From IMG/VR virus record IMGVR_UViG_3300005913_000002: a stretch of 64,000 nucleotides of DNA, one strand, 5' to 3'. The translations under genes were made by a program, and so were the position numbers. The stretch comes from a virus. The notes under the pieces are model-generated. The model did not search any database, was not told the DNA's origin, and saw only the letters and a list, made by a program, of their open reading frames with translations. Of this stretch, positions 22,201 through 32,294 are shown piece by piece (the first letter of the stretch is position 1; every line of letters starts with the position of its first letter).

Positions 22201-25200
22201 GGAATAGTAACTTTTACAAATACTTCTACTTTACAATCAGTAACTAGTAGAGGAAGTCAAACTGACCAAATTGTCTACTTTACAAATACTACAAATTCAT
22301 TTAATACTATAACTGGTGCTGTAGTAATTACAGGCGGACTAGGTGTAGGTCAAGATATACACGCAGAAGACATTTATTCTAACGGTGCGTTAGTTGTTAC
22401 AGAAGGCACAATTGGTGCATTAGGTATTACTGCACTATATGCAGGAACTGACACTGCTGTTAGCAGCCAAACAGGTATTGTTTACGTATGGAGCACTTCT
22501 ACTTTAGAAACAGTAACGTCTAGGGGAAGTTCTACTAGTCACATTATAACATTTACTAATACTGAAGAATCTACTGCAACAGATAACGGTTCAGTAGTTG
22601 TTTCCGGAGGTGTTGGAGTTGGTGGTAATTTAAATGCAAGTCAAATATTTGCAAATGTTGGATATTTTATCGGTGGCAATTCTTCAGTATCAGAAACTAC
22701 TGGCGATTTAATTGTAACAGGTGGCGCTGGTATCGGTGAAAATTTAAACATTGCTGGAATTACAACTGTACTATCCAATCAATCATCTATTGATACATCA
22801 ACAGGTGCATTGTTAGTAGTAGGCGGCGTTGGCATTGGTCAAGATCTAAATGTAGAAGGTGAAATTACAAGCAATATCGGACAATTAACTTTGAATGGTA
22901 TATCATCGTTAATTAATGCAACATCAAATTTAGATATTACTGGTGGAAGTAATTTAGGAATTACATCAGTAGGACAACTAACTATCGGTTCTTCTTTAGC
23001 AGTGGTATTTACTGATACAAGTGTAGTATATATTAACGGAACAGTAAATGCAACTAACAGCGGATCAGGAGCATTAGTCGTAGCAGGCGGCGCCGGGTTT
23101 GGCGGCAACATTTACGCAGCAAATATTTTCTCAAATAACAGCCAAGTAATTACTAGTGCAAACTTAGGTGCGTTTGGTGTAACGTCATTAACTACTGGTT
23201 CAGGAATATCAATATCTACGACAACTGGCGCAGTAATAATTGAATCAATTGACACATTACAAGATGTAACCAACAGATGGTCAACTACAACAAATATAGT
23301 TACTATACAAAATGATACAGCAGCAAGCAATACTGCAACCGCAGCATTAATTGTTCAGGGAGGCGGCATCGCAAGTGATAGTTTGTATACTAATTTTGCA
23401 ATTGTTGGAACTAATTTACAAGTTGACGGTAGCGCACAAATAAATGATGTATCTGATGCAAGCAACGAAACTACAGGAGTATTAACTGTTGCCGGCGGCG
23501 TTGGCGTTGCAAAGAGTTTATGGGCCGCAGCATTGTATGACGACGGCCAGCGTGTTGTAACTAAGATTAATCCTAATTCTGGACCTGGTATTACAATCAC
23601 TGACGAAATTGGTATTGGAACAGCAACAAGTTTTACAATTAATAATGCAGGTGTTATTGCTGCTGTTGGTAGTGCGTACATTGGAATAAGTTCAGCAACA
23701 GGTATCGTTACAATTACTAACTTAGGTGTACAAACTCTAACCGCAGGTACAGATACAAGTGTAAGTAGATCAACTGGTACTGTGACAATTTGGAGCACTA
23801 GTACATTGCAATCAGTAACTAATAGAGGTGCAACAACTGATAACGCAATAAGCATTACTAACACTACAGATGCTAATACTTCCACTGCCGGGGCATTAAT
23901 TGTTGGCGGTGGCGCCGGAGTTGCTAAGAATTTAATTGTTGGCGGTAATGCTGCTGTTTACGGCAATCTACAGGTATACGGTAAGCAGACTTATGTAAAT
24001 TCAACTCAAACTGTAATTACTGATCCGGTAATCGGAGTAGGTGCAGGAATAGACAACAGCAATTTAGGTGTTAATGATGGTTTAGATCGTGGTATATTGA
24101 TGCACTACAATACTACTGCTACTGAAAACATATTCTACGACAATCATGCCTTCTTAGGTATGGACAATGCTACACAAACGCTTGTGTATAAAACAGATGT
24201 TTACCCAGAAGGAGTTCAAGAATTTCCTGCACTATTCTCCAACACAGGCTCATTTGGATTAGCACAGTTTGGTGGATTGTCCTTAACAAATAACACAGTT
24301 GCTTCAAATACATCAACTGGCGCTTTAACTGTAGATGGCGGTGTCGGCATTGGTGGAGCATTGTATGTTAAAGATGCAATTTTTGTTAACGGCAATCAAG
24401 TTCTCACATCAGGCGGTGGAGGCGGTAGCGGATATGTAGAAGCATTGTATGCAGGAACAGATACCGCAGTTAGTGCAAATGCAGGTGAAGTTACAATATG
24501 GAACACAAGTACGCTTCATTCTGTTACTGAACGAGGTAATCAAACTGCGTTTAATATAATTATTGGAAATGTAACTACTGCATCAAATGCAACTGAAAAT
24601 GGTGCATTTAAGGTATCAGGAGATACAATTCTAAGTAAGAGCGCATTTATTGTAAACAATGCAATTTTAGGTGCAGAACTTCCTGCAGCATCTGATTCGA
24701 ATGCAAATTTATTCTTACCATTTAGAGGAACCCCGGGTACTTATAGAAATTATGTAGAATTACAAGCAGTTAATGCAAACGACGTTTCAAATTTAGATGG
24801 CGGCGCATTTATTAAATTTCGTACAAGCACAACAGCAGCATACGGTCCGGAAATTGGTGGCGTTAGGCGTGCAAGTGGCGATGGCGATTTTGTAATTAGA
24901 ACAGGTAGTAACACACCGCAAGATAGAGTCACTGTTAAAGATGACGGCGACGTTGTAATGACTGGCGATTTATCTGCCGGTAGTTTACAAAACACTCCGG
25001 TCGGTAGTGTAACATCTAGCACAGCAAGATTTACAACTCTCGAAGCCAACGGCGCAGTTAAACTTACTAACACTACAGAAGCAACTAGTTCAGTAGACGG
25101 CGCAGTAGTTGTTGGCGGCGGCTTGGCAGTAGGTTCTAACATTGTTGTTGGACCTGGTGCAGAAACAAGAGGAGTTAAAAATGCTAACATTTATGCTAGC

Positions 25201-25617
25201 GGATCATTCACAACAGCCGGCGACGCCCAAGCAGGTACATATGTTTTACGAAAATCTTTAGGAACTACATCACTTATTGCATTAACAACTGATGAAGGAA
25301 TAGTAGGAACTACTAATCAAATAACTTTGCTTGACAATTCTTCTTACACTTTTAAAGTGTTAGTGACTGCAAGAGCAACTGCTTCGAGCAATGGCGGTGC
25401 GTGGGAATTTAACGGAGTTATTACTAGAGATACTGGTGCAGGATCGACTAATATGAGAATTGTAAACAAAACTAAAATATGGTCAAGTTTAACTGGGTAC
25501 GATGTTGAAGTTGTAGCAGACACTGCAAATGGGTCTTTGCAAGTTAGTGCAAAAGGCCATGACAGTAATTTTGTTAGATTCGTTGCAAGAGTAGATACTG
25601 TAGAAGTAACTACCTAA
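19273..25617 (+). CDS. Large fibre/adhesin-like virion protein (beta-helix, LamG/ConA-like lectin domain, Gly-rich repeats)
   Basis: YVSESGNDANDG beta-helix start; LamG signature TLEAWV...WYHVAL.R...LFVDG...IGG...GYIDEARVS; many GAL.V.GG.G repeats. Confidence 0.75.
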   Translation: MAQADFIVKNGAVILNGLTATSTSTTSGALVIQGGIATSGQSTFGGNLNIVNTTTAVSDTTGALTVVGGVGITGDLWVKGVNLTQSDPHVVYVSESGNDANDGLLPQSSVQTIKQGLILARNIYDTTGQGADVSLHAGVYVEEFPLYVSTGTAVKGAGLRQVTVRPTTATNTFTGFLLDGETTISDFAITSFYKPGYAFAYAPNAKITTRSPYVERFSVITRGSNPTANDPYGYDSNDAGGGAYLDGSQVDKSSLEAAFLFNEATFITPSSTAIYATNGTRVELLNGFSYFSEKGIHFESGSEGWGGAGQTKLRLANTTGTFAVGDFLYYKGSTGTVVASGEIAAVDSDYIYIDGKASGFIESADRAGKVVNVYGNTEISSFQRKIGNGSVHFTTDGDLLDIVSDADLQYGTGAYTLEAWVFLDQGGRTQQIFNKGTTVATEFGLYIDSANKVTGQHSSTLMTGTSVLSTGTWYHVALSRDTGNNLYLFVDGGLEATDTSTANTTNGESLTIGGKTGVASNSIRGYIDEARVSSVARYTAGFTPLTISFNSDISTTVLIHGDGADTSIDIKDDGQGSQNVYTTTATSEDSVIASAQAIILADYRQFGGELRSIGSAVCYGNYGIYADGEGVDLKAIAFNMSYIGSGKDLSNDATLAVQANEIISLNGAKVYYQTVDHIGDFRVGPEFRINQRTGNVDFGTANFRLGPLSSLTVSDGVNAVVVQPSSISVGSLLLGGNRIQTISGNLILDPNGSLTTIESDLQVNGGLNFTGQFLATSVANSTSTTTGAIVVSGGIGLAKDLYVGGNATVAGNLIVKGLTTTVNSTQTSISDPVLDLGTGADNTDIEINDGWDRGLLFHYNTSPTQSVASYTRSFFGMDNASEDLVYKVGVANGTLTSLDPDFSSLGSYGGAKFGRLYLELLTPGSPSDGALVVKGGGSIAGELYVQNTQVVTTGTINQYAVTEAIGGEDIDVDVNIGIVTFTNTSTLQSVTSRGSQTDQIVYFTNTTNSFNTITGAVVITGGLGVGQDIHAEDIYSNGALVVTEGTIGALGITALYAGTDTAVSSQTGIVYVWSTSTLETVTSRGSSTSHIITFTNTEESTATDNGSVVVSGGVGVGGNLNASQIFANVGYFIGGNSSVSETTGDLIVTGGAGIGENLNIAGITTVLSNQSSIDTSTGALLVVGGVGIGQDLNVEGEITSNIGQLTLNGISSLINATSNLDITGGSNLGITSVGQLTIGSSLAVVFTDTSVVYINGTVNATNSGSGALVVAGGAGFGGNIYAANIFSNNSQVITSANLGAFGVTSLTTGSGISISTTTGAVIIESIDTLQDVTNRWSTTTNIVTIQNDTAASNTATAALIVQGGGIASDSLYTNFAIVGTNLQVDGSAQINDVSDASNETTGVLTVAGGVGVAKSLWAAALYDDGQRVVTKINPNSGPGITITDEIGIGTATSFTINNAGVIAAVGSAYIGISSATGIVTITNLGVQTLTAGTDTSVSRSTGTVTIWSTSTLQSVTNRGATTDNAISITNTTDANTSTAGALIVGGGAGVAKNLIVGGNAAVYGNLQVYGKQTYVNSTQTVITDPVIGVGAGIDNSNLGVNDGLDRGILMHYNTTATENIFYDNHAFLGMDNATQTLVYKTDVYPEGVQEFPALFSNTGSFGLAQFGGLSLTNNTVASNTSTGALTVDGGVGIGGALYVKDAIFVNGNQVLTSGGGGGSGYVEALYAGTDTAVSANAGEVTIWNTSTLHSVTERGNQTAFNIIIGNVTTASNATENGAFKVSGDTILSKSAFIVNNAILGAELPAASDSNANLFLPFRGTPGTYRNYVELQAVNANDVSNLDGGAFIKFRTSTTAAYGPEIGGVRRASGDGDFVIRTGSNTPQDRVTVKDDGDVVMTGDLSAGSLQNTPVGSVTSSTARFTTLEANGAVKLTNTTEATSSVDGAVVVGGGLAVGSNIVVGPGAETRGVKNANIYASGSFTTAGDAQAGTYVLRKSLGTTSLIALTTDEGIVGTTNQITLLDNSSYTFKVLVTARATASSNGGAWEFNGVITRDTGAGSTNMRIVNKTKIWSSLTGYDVEVVADTANGSLQVSAKGHDSNFVRFVARVDTVEVTT

Positions 25618-25626
25618 AAATAAACA

Positions 25627-25634
25627 TATAAATA
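25627..25634 (+). promoter_or_regulatory. Late promoter TATAAATA
   Basis: Exact consensus upstream of the tail fibre start at 25656. Confidence 0.75.
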
Positions 25635-25655
25635 TTGGATAAGAGTTAGAAAACT

Positions 25656-28600
25656 ATGGCAATAAATTTTGATACCAACACACCAGGCAGCGTAACGCTT
25701 AAATCGCCGTCAACGGGCACTGTTACCTTAACATTACCTGATACTGCTAATACCAGCGGTTGGCAACTAGTATTAGCAGATAACACAGGCACATTAGAAT
25801 TTGTGCCTCCTGGCACCGGCGCAAGCGGCGTAGCAGGTGTAGACGGTGCTACCGGTGCTACTGGTCCTATTGGTGCAAGCGGAGCAACTGGCGCTACTGG
25901 CCCAGTGGGCGCAAGCGGCGCAGCAGGAGCAAACGGATCTACCGGTGCTACAGGTCCTATTGGTTCAACTGGGTTAAGCGGTACAGTAGGTAACGCAGGC
26001 TCAACCGGTGCTACAGGATTTACTGGTGCTACAGGAGCAACCGGTGCTACAGGATTTACTGGTGCAACAGGCGGCATTGGTGCTACGGGCGCTGCAGGCG
26101 GCGCAGGTTCAGCAGGAGCAACAGGTGCTAGCGGATTGGGGTACGATGTTACATCTACAACTAGTCATCCAACAGCAGTAGGTACTAGAACTTTTACTGT
26201 TAACAAAGCAAATGCTTATGTAATTGGCGGCCGAGTACAAATTACTTCTACAGCAGTTCCTACAAACTATATTCAAGGTACTGTTACGGGTATTGTGGGA
26301 TTAAACATAACTGTTAGTGTAGATTCAGTAGCAGGTTTTCCGGGCCAAACTTACAGTTCTTGGAAATTTTCAGTTGCCGGCCTAAACGGAACAACAGGCG
26401 CTACTGGGCAAACAGGTGCATTCGGATCAACAGGTGCAACTGGTCCGGGCGGTAATACAGGTAATGACGGTGCTACTGGTGCTACCGGTATTCAGGGTAA
26501 CCAAGGATCAACAGGTGCTACAGGTCCTCAGGGAGCAAGCGGCTCAGCCGGTGGCGCAGGAAACCAAGGTTCGACAGGAGCAACTGGTTATACTGGAACT
26601 ACAGGTGCTACTGGTGCAACTGGTTTACAGGGAACAACCGGTGCTACAGGACCGAGCGGAGTCGGCGGCACTACGGGCGCAACTGGTTTTAATGGATCAA
26701 CCGGTGCTACAGGTCCTAGAGGAGCAGGAACATGGACTCCTATTTTAGGAACAGGAGTATCATCTACTGATTATACAGTGTTTACAAAAACTGGTGGATC
26801 AAACGGTGCTTGGGATGTTCATGTATATTCAGCAGAAGGATTTGTAAGAGGTGCCGCAGTTGCAGCAAGAGCAGGCGGGACTGCTACTTATCGTGTGATG
26901 TTTGGTTTAAACAGTGATCCTGCTGCAAATGCAAGTTTCTCTTCAATTGATTATTCATACTACATGAATAACGGTTCTGTTGCAATTTATGAAAGCGGAG
27001 CAAGTGTAGCAGGTAGTTGGGGAACATATACTACTTCAACAGAATTTCAAATTACTTACGATGGATATTTTGTAAGGTATTACAAAGACGGAGTAATGCA
27101 GAGAGAAGTTTCCCGTATAATGGGAACTGCATTATATTTTGATAGTTCGTTTAACTATACAAATAATTCATTAACTAATGTGTCATTTGGTATGGCTGGC
27201 GAGTTAGGCCCTGAAGGTGCTGCTGGTGCAGGTATTGGTGCTGGCGGAGCAAACCAAGTTATCTATAAAGATAGTGGAAACTTATTTGCTGGTAGTAATA
27301 ATTTAACATTTGATGGTTCAAATTTAAATATCGGTGGCGCATTACAGTTTGACGGTAAAATAAACTGGGATAGTACTACTGGTACCACGCAAAAAGGTTC
27401 TCCAACTATTGCGTTTCACAGTGTTCGAAGCGGACTAAAACATCCCAGTTACTTGGACGAAAACTTCTTAAGCGGAAGTAACAACATCAATGTTTACAAT
27501 AACTCTGGTGGTAGTAATGTAACTATTACTCGAACAGCAAATAACTCAACTATTAATGCTCCTACTACTAGCGGATATGTTTTAACAATTAATCATACAG
27601 GAACTGTTGCAAGTCCTGGGTTTGGTGGTTTTAACTTTGCCGTAGGTACTAGAGCCAATGCAATTTTAGTTTCAACTTTTACAGCGAAATTACCAACAGG
27701 CAGAACAATTAACTGGGGTTCTAATGCCATCGGTACTAACGGAACAAGTTACTGGTTAACTAATAATACAGGCACAGGCAAGTGGGAAGAATATTCTTAT
27801 GTTGTTATATGTGGCAATAGTGGTAGTTTTAGTAGTACTCACTTTTTCTATGTAACTGGCGGTGCAGCACCTAGTGCAGGAGCACCATTAACTTGGTATT
27901 TGGCAAGCAGTGCAATTTATGATGTAACTGATCAAAGAAGCGATGTACTTTATCTAGATCGTGTCGGCAGCACCCCTAACATCAAAGGATACGGTGAAGG
28001 ACAGATCATTATTGATGGATCTACTACTGGCAAGGGTGTTTATCTAAATCATTATGTAAATGGCAACGTCTATGCTGCAAGTGGCGGCGGCAAACTAGCA
28101 GTAGGTGGTGGTACTGGTCCGACGTATACATTAGATGTTTACGGTACAGGTGCAGTTAGAGATTACTTCCGTATTACCAATGCTGGTGGCGCACAGAAAC
28201 TGTTAATGGGTAACCAAGATAGCAGCGGCACTAATAATCCTAATATTATTACAGCGGCTAACGGTACGCTGTCATTTGGAACAGGAAACACTTGGGCTAC
28301 TAGTGGCGGCACTGTTAGTAATTTTGCAACTTTTGCAAGTGCAGGAGCAACAATTGTAGCAGGATCAGGTACAACACCTGCTCTAAAAATTAACCCAGGC
28401 GGAAACAGTTGGAGTGAAGGTATTCGAATTAATCCTAGCCCAGGTGGTTGGTCCGGACTATATCTCCCTTCTACAGCAGACGTTACCGGCGGCACATGGT
28501 TAATAGGTAAAGCAGGCGGACTTGCCAACCAGTTCATCTTAATGAAGAACGGATTTACTGGATCTGTAGCAGTACGCTCAGATGCTGCCTTTGACGTAAG

Positions 28601-31600
28601 TTCGACTACAGGTAGATTTACATTTGGTTATAATCCGTATGTAGGTACAAATCAAATATGGCACGCAGGAAACTTAACTGATGCAAGTCAGTTGGGCAAC
28701 AGTGGCGGATATGTCGGCGCTGGCGGCATTGCAACATTTCAATATGTAAGAACAACAGGCGGCGGCCTTGCTGATACTTCTGGAACATCATCAGCACTAA
28801 GAATCTATGCTCCTGGAGGAGCAGCATACGCTACTGGAACTAATGCAGTAACTGGTGCTATTAAAATTCGGTTACCGCAGTATCGTTCATCTACAATGAT
28901 GAGAATGACTGTCAAGATTTTCGAATACGCTGGTGGAACTGGTGCAGGAACTAGTAGAAGTATCGAACTAGGCGGATACAACTATGGTCCAGGCGGCTGG
29001 TATAACACTTTTGCTACACAAGAAACTGACGGTGGCGGAAACATTAATGTACGCTTCGGACATGACGGAACGAAAAATGCTATCTGGATTGGAGAAACCG
29101 GAACAGTATGGTCATACCCACAAATTTTTGTTACAGAGTTTCAAGCAGGGTACAATAATTTTGGATATACACAATGGGTAGACGGCTGGTCGGTTAGTAT
29201 AGACAGTAGTTTTGGTACAGTTGAAACCAACATAACTGCTGCAAGAATTCACACTAGCGATAACCTAACTAACCTAAGTCAGTTGACTAACGGTCCTAGT
29301 TTTGTATCTGCATACTATACAGGACCTACTGACTTCCGTGGTGGCGATCACATGTTTACATCTGAAGGAACTGGCGCCAGCACTATCAACAACAGCACCT
29401 ATGCTCTACAAGTTGGTCCCTTTAACAATCGTATTACAACTGCAAACAGTTACTACGGCGGTATTGCGTTTAACCATTTGTTAAACTACAGCGGCGGTAC
29501 ATTAAACGACGACAGCACAAGTTATAATACTTCGCCGCATGCATGGATAGGTTTGCGATTGCATGATACTCCTGGTAGCGAACGAAGTTTCTTAGTATTT
29601 GCTACCAAGCCAGGTACTGGTACTAGTAATGCTGGCGCAGACATACCTAACGAACGTATGACAATTGATCCAGTTAATGGATATGTTGGTATTAATGTAC
29701 CTGATCCTACTCATAGATTACATGTTAACGGTGACGTTCGTTTCCAAGGCAATAGTCGTGCGTACTTTGGTCCTAATAGTACATGGGGTGCAGATTTAAT
29801 TATCGGCGGCAATGGTAGAACTGACGCTACTAAGTCTACTGTGGCGGCAACTAATGGAAATTTACACATTGACGCTGCTAACGGCTATGATTTGTACTTA
29901 AACTATTACAGCGGCCGTCCTATATATGCAAGAGGCAGCAATACAAACTGGGACAGTGGTAATTTAAGTAATTTAAGTCAGTTGACTAACGGTCCGGGAT
30001 TTATTACATCGAGCGGTTCAGCAGGCAGCATCAGTGGTGTCACTATTGATCGTATTGTTTACGGACAAAATTCTACTAAAACAACAGAAACCGGGTTAAC
30101 ACAAGCACTTTCTTCTGGATTCTATAACGCCTATAACAACGGTACTCCTACAGGTACATGGTATACTGCAATACATGTTCGCCATACTAACACTGGTAAT
30201 AATTACGGCGGCCAGATTGCAATGAGTTTCTACAACGACGGTGATATTTACAATCGTCGCATTGAAAACGGCAGTTACAGTACTTGGCGTAAAATTTGGA
30301 ACAACTTTAATTTAACTAACCTAAGTCAGTTGACTAACGGACCTGGATTTTTAGGCAAGTTTGGTAATACTTATTATCAATTAGATACATGGTTGCAAGG
30401 TACAGGAACACACGGCTTATATTTTCCAAGCAGTGGAGCAGGAACACACTTCCATCCTAACCCTGCAACTTACGGTTCATTCTTAGTCCAAGGAAGCAAG
30501 AACGGATATTGGGGCCAGATGTATTTGACCAGCACAGGTCAGCAGGGTATGATGACCTCCGGAAACCTTGTTGGCTGGTACAATCATAGCGGTGGATGGA
30601 AGTTCCGTTTCAACAGCGGTGATGTGTTCTACGTCTATAGTGCATCAAACGGAGGCGGCTCTGCAAGAACAGTATGGCATAATGGTAACTTAACTAACCT
30701 AAGTCAATTGACTAACGGACCGGGCTTTGTTACAGGAGCAAGTCAGTCATTAAGTTACAGAGGAGCAATAACAGGCGGCTCTCAAACAGAAGGAGTATTA
30801 AACTCCGGTTGGTACACAGTAAACGAATCAGGATATGGCACATTCTTGTTCCATATGGGCGGCGCCACTTCATCTACTCGTAGTGTTCAAATGTATTTCC
30901 ACTACGATGATCGCATGTGGATTAGAACTGGACGAAACAGTGAAACACAATGGGACGGTGTTGGAAGATATTCTAGATTAGTATGGACCAATGGATCATT
31001 GACTAACCTAAGTCAATTGACTAACGGACCGGGATTTGTTTCAAGTGGGAGCAGTCCTACATTCCAGGAAGTTTATGTCAACGGTTGGTTCCGTAACAAC
31101 ACTAGTGGCAACGGTTTATATAACCAGGGAAACGCAAACCACTGGTATGCAAGCGCAGGCAACTACTGGGACACTGGGCTAACTACGTCTGGCGGTATTA
31201 GACTGCGTATTGGTTATAATGGTACGGTTAGAGGACACTTATATTGTGATACTAGCAGCAACTCAGGTCTATTAAACCAAAGCGGCTCGTGGAAAGTTCG
31301 TGTTAATGGTAGCGACACTGAAATTTACGATCTGTTATATTGGAATGATGGCCGTGGATACATCTTCTACGATAGAAACAATACTGGTTATTATGTAGAC
31401 CCTGCAAGTACATCTAACCTTAACGTTATTAACAATGAAGGTCAATATGGTAGATGGTGGGAACCAAAGGGCGTAGGTGGCAACAGCGGTAACGGTGGCC
31501 ACGCATATAGAATTTTCCAAGAAGGCGGTGGCTGGGGATTTCCATATCCTGACTTACGTATTGCATTCCATACTGGTATTAAGTTTGGTGCAAACACAAG

Positions 31601-32294
31601 TTATGAAGGTATGCGTTTCTACACTGATTACGATATGAGTAGTCGTGTTATGCAGGTCAACGGTGGTTCGAACTATATCTACATGGACCGCTGGATTAAC
31701 GTTGCTGGTAGCCAAGGTATATTTTCTGGTACCAACGGTGCCCACTTTTATCCAAATAACGCAACTTACGGAGCATGGAGAGTAGACGGAACACGAAATG
31801 GTTGGTGTGGTATACACTTTACTACTAGTGTAGCGTTAATGATGAATAACAATGACGGTGGTATTCATCGAGAAGGTGATGGATGGAAGTTTTATTTTAG
31901 TGGTAATAACATTTATGCAAGAGGAGAAGTTACTGCTTACTGGTCAGATCGTAGATTAAAACAAGATATTACTCCGTTAACAAAAGGTTCTGGTCTAGAA
32001 CTTATTGATAAACTAGTACCATCTCACTTTGTTTGGAATGCATTAGCAAGAGAAGTAAATCCAGAGTTTAAAGAAGGACAAGAAGAAACTGCGTTAATTG
32101 CTCAAGAAGTGCAAGAAATATTACCAATTGCTGTTGCTGAAAATAAAGCAGGTAGAAGAGCAGGTAAAGGTTCTAGCATGGAGAGTTATCTAACTGTTAA
32201 ATACGATAAGATAACGCCCTACTTAATACAGGCAATTAAAGATCTAAAAGCAGAAATAGAAGAACTAAAGGAAAAAATAAATGGCTCTAATTAA
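25656..32294 (+). CDS. Long tail fibre / receptor-binding protein with collagen-like repeats and C-terminal peptidase S74 intramolecular chaperone
   Basis: G-X-Y (GAT/GST) tracts; knob-like modules; C-terminal WSDRRLKQDI...LIAQEVQEILP...VKYDKI..YLIQAIKDL coiled coil typical of S74. Confidence 0.85.
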   Translation: MAINFDTNTPGSVTLKSPSTGTVTLTLPDTANTSGWQLVLADNTGTLEFVPPGTGASGVAGVDGATGATGPIGASGATGATGPVGASGAAGANGSTGATGPIGSTGLSGTVGNAGSTGATGFTGATGATGATGFTGATGGIGATGAAGGAGSAGATGASGLGYDVTSTTSHPTAVGTRTFTVNKANAYVIGGRVQITSTAVPTNYIQGTVTGIVGLNITVSVDSVAGFPGQTYSSWKFSVAGLNGTTGATGQTGAFGSTGATGPGGNTGNDGATGATGIQGNQGSTGATGPQGASGSAGGAGNQGSTGATGYTGTTGATGATGLQGTTGATGPSGVGGTTGATGFNGSTGATGPRGAGTWTPILGTGVSSTDYTVFTKTGGSNGAWDVHVYSAEGFVRGAAVAARAGGTATYRVMFGLNSDPAANASFSSIDYSYYMNNGSVAIYESGASVAGSWGTYTTSTEFQITYDGYFVRYYKDGVMQREVSRIMGTALYFDSSFNYTNNSLTNVSFGMAGELGPEGAAGAGIGAGGANQVIYKDSGNLFAGSNNLTFDGSNLNIGGALQFDGKINWDSTTGTTQKGSPTIAFHSVRSGLKHPSYLDENFLSGSNNINVYNNSGGSNVTITRTANNSTINAPTTSGYVLTINHTGTVASPGFGGFNFAVGTRANAILVSTFTAKLPTGRTINWGSNAIGTNGTSYWLTNNTGTGKWEEYSYVVICGNSGSFSSTHFFYVTGGAAPSAGAPLTWYLASSAIYDVTDQRSDVLYLDRVGSTPNIKGYGEGQIIIDGSTTGKGVYLNHYVNGNVYAASGGGKLAVGGGTGPTYTLDVYGTGAVRDYFRITNAGGAQKLLMGNQDSSGTNNPNIITAANGTLSFGTGNTWATSGGTVSNFATFASAGATIVAGSGTTPALKINPGGNSWSEGIRINPSPGGWSGLYLPSTADVTGGTWLIGKAGGLANQFILMKNGFTGSVAVRSDAAFDVSSTTGRFTFGYNPYVGTNQIWHAGNLTDASQLGNSGGYVGAGGIATFQYVRTTGGGLADTSGTSSALRIYAPGGAAYATGTNAVTGAIKIRLPQYRSSTMMRMTVKIFEYAGGTGAGTSRSIELGGYNYGPGGWYNTFATQETDGGGNINVRFGHDGTKNAIWIGETGTVWSYPQIFVTEFQAGYNNFGYTQWVDGWSVSIDSSFGTVETNITAARIHTSDNLTNLSQLTNGPSFVSAYYTGPTDFRGGDHMFTSEGTGASTINNSTYALQVGPFNNRITTANSYYGGIAFNHLLNYSGGTLNDDSTSYNTSPHAWIGLRLHDTPGSERSFLVFATKPGTGTSNAGADIPNERMTIDPVNGYVGINVPDPTHRLHVNGDVRFQGNSRAYFGPNSTWGADLIIGGNGRTDATKSTVAATNGNLHIDAANGYDLYLNYYSGRPIYARGSNTNWDSGNLSNLSQLTNGPGFITSSGSAGSISGVTIDRIVYGQNSTKTTETGLTQALSSGFYNAYNNGTPTGTWYTAIHVRHTNTGNNYGGQIAMSFYNDGDIYNRRIENGSYSTWRKIWNNFNLTNLSQLTNGPGFLGKFGNTYYQLDTWLQGTGTHGLYFPSSGAGTHFHPNPATYGSFLVQGSKNGYWGQMYLTSTGQQGMMTSGNLVGWYNHSGGWKFRFNSGDVFYVYSASNGGGSARTVWHNGNLTNLSQLTNGPGFVTGASQSLSYRGAITGGSQTEGVLNSGWYTVNESGYGTFLFHMGGATSSTRSVQMYFHYDDRMWIRTGRNSETQWDGVGRYSRLVWTNGSLTNLSQLTNGPGFVSSGSSPTFQEVYVNGWFRNNTSGNGLYNQGNANHWYASAGNYWDTGLTTSGGIRLRIGYNGTVRGHLYCDTSSNSGLLNQSGSWKVRVNGSDTEIYDLLYWNDGRGYIFYDRNNTGYYVDPASTSNLNVINNEGQYGRWWEPKGVGGNSGNGGHAYRIFQEGGGWGFPYPDLRIAFHTGIKFGANTSYEGMRFYTDYDMSSRVMQVNGGSNYIYMDRWINVAGSQGIFSGTNGAHFYPNNATYGAWRVDGTRNGWCGIHFTTSVALMMNNNDGGIHREGDGWKFYFSGNNIYARGEVTAYWSDRRLKQDITPLTKGSGLELIDKLVPSHFVWNALAREVNPEFKEGQEETALIAQEVQEILPIAVAENKAGRRAGKGSSMESYLTVKYDKITPYLIQAIKDLKAEIEELKEKINGSN
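25812..26730 (+). repeat. Collagen-like Gly-X-Y coding repeats (two tracts)
   Basis: GATGATG.../GSTGATG... repeats at about 25812-26140 and 26380-26730. Confidence 0.85.
29268..31037 (+). repeat. Five dispersed ~26-36 nt repeats (ACTAACCTAAGTCARTTGACTAACGG) encoding TNLSQLTNGPGF
   Basis: Copies start at about 29268, 29967, 30315, 30693 and 31002; a degenerate copy lies near 28676. Confidence 0.9.

Noticed and set aside
433-25190. Many short antisense and alternate-frame ORFs inside the giant genes
   Set aside because: Shadow ORFs caused by codon bias of Thr/Gly/Ala-rich genes; no RBS, promoter or recognisable motif.
25646-26077. Antisense ORF with PVAPVAP repeats
   Set aside because: It is simply the reverse complement of the collagen GAT repeats.
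29268-31037. CRISPR array interpretation of the palindromic repeats
   Set aside because: Spacers are 280-670 nt, in frame within a CDS, and no cas genes are present.
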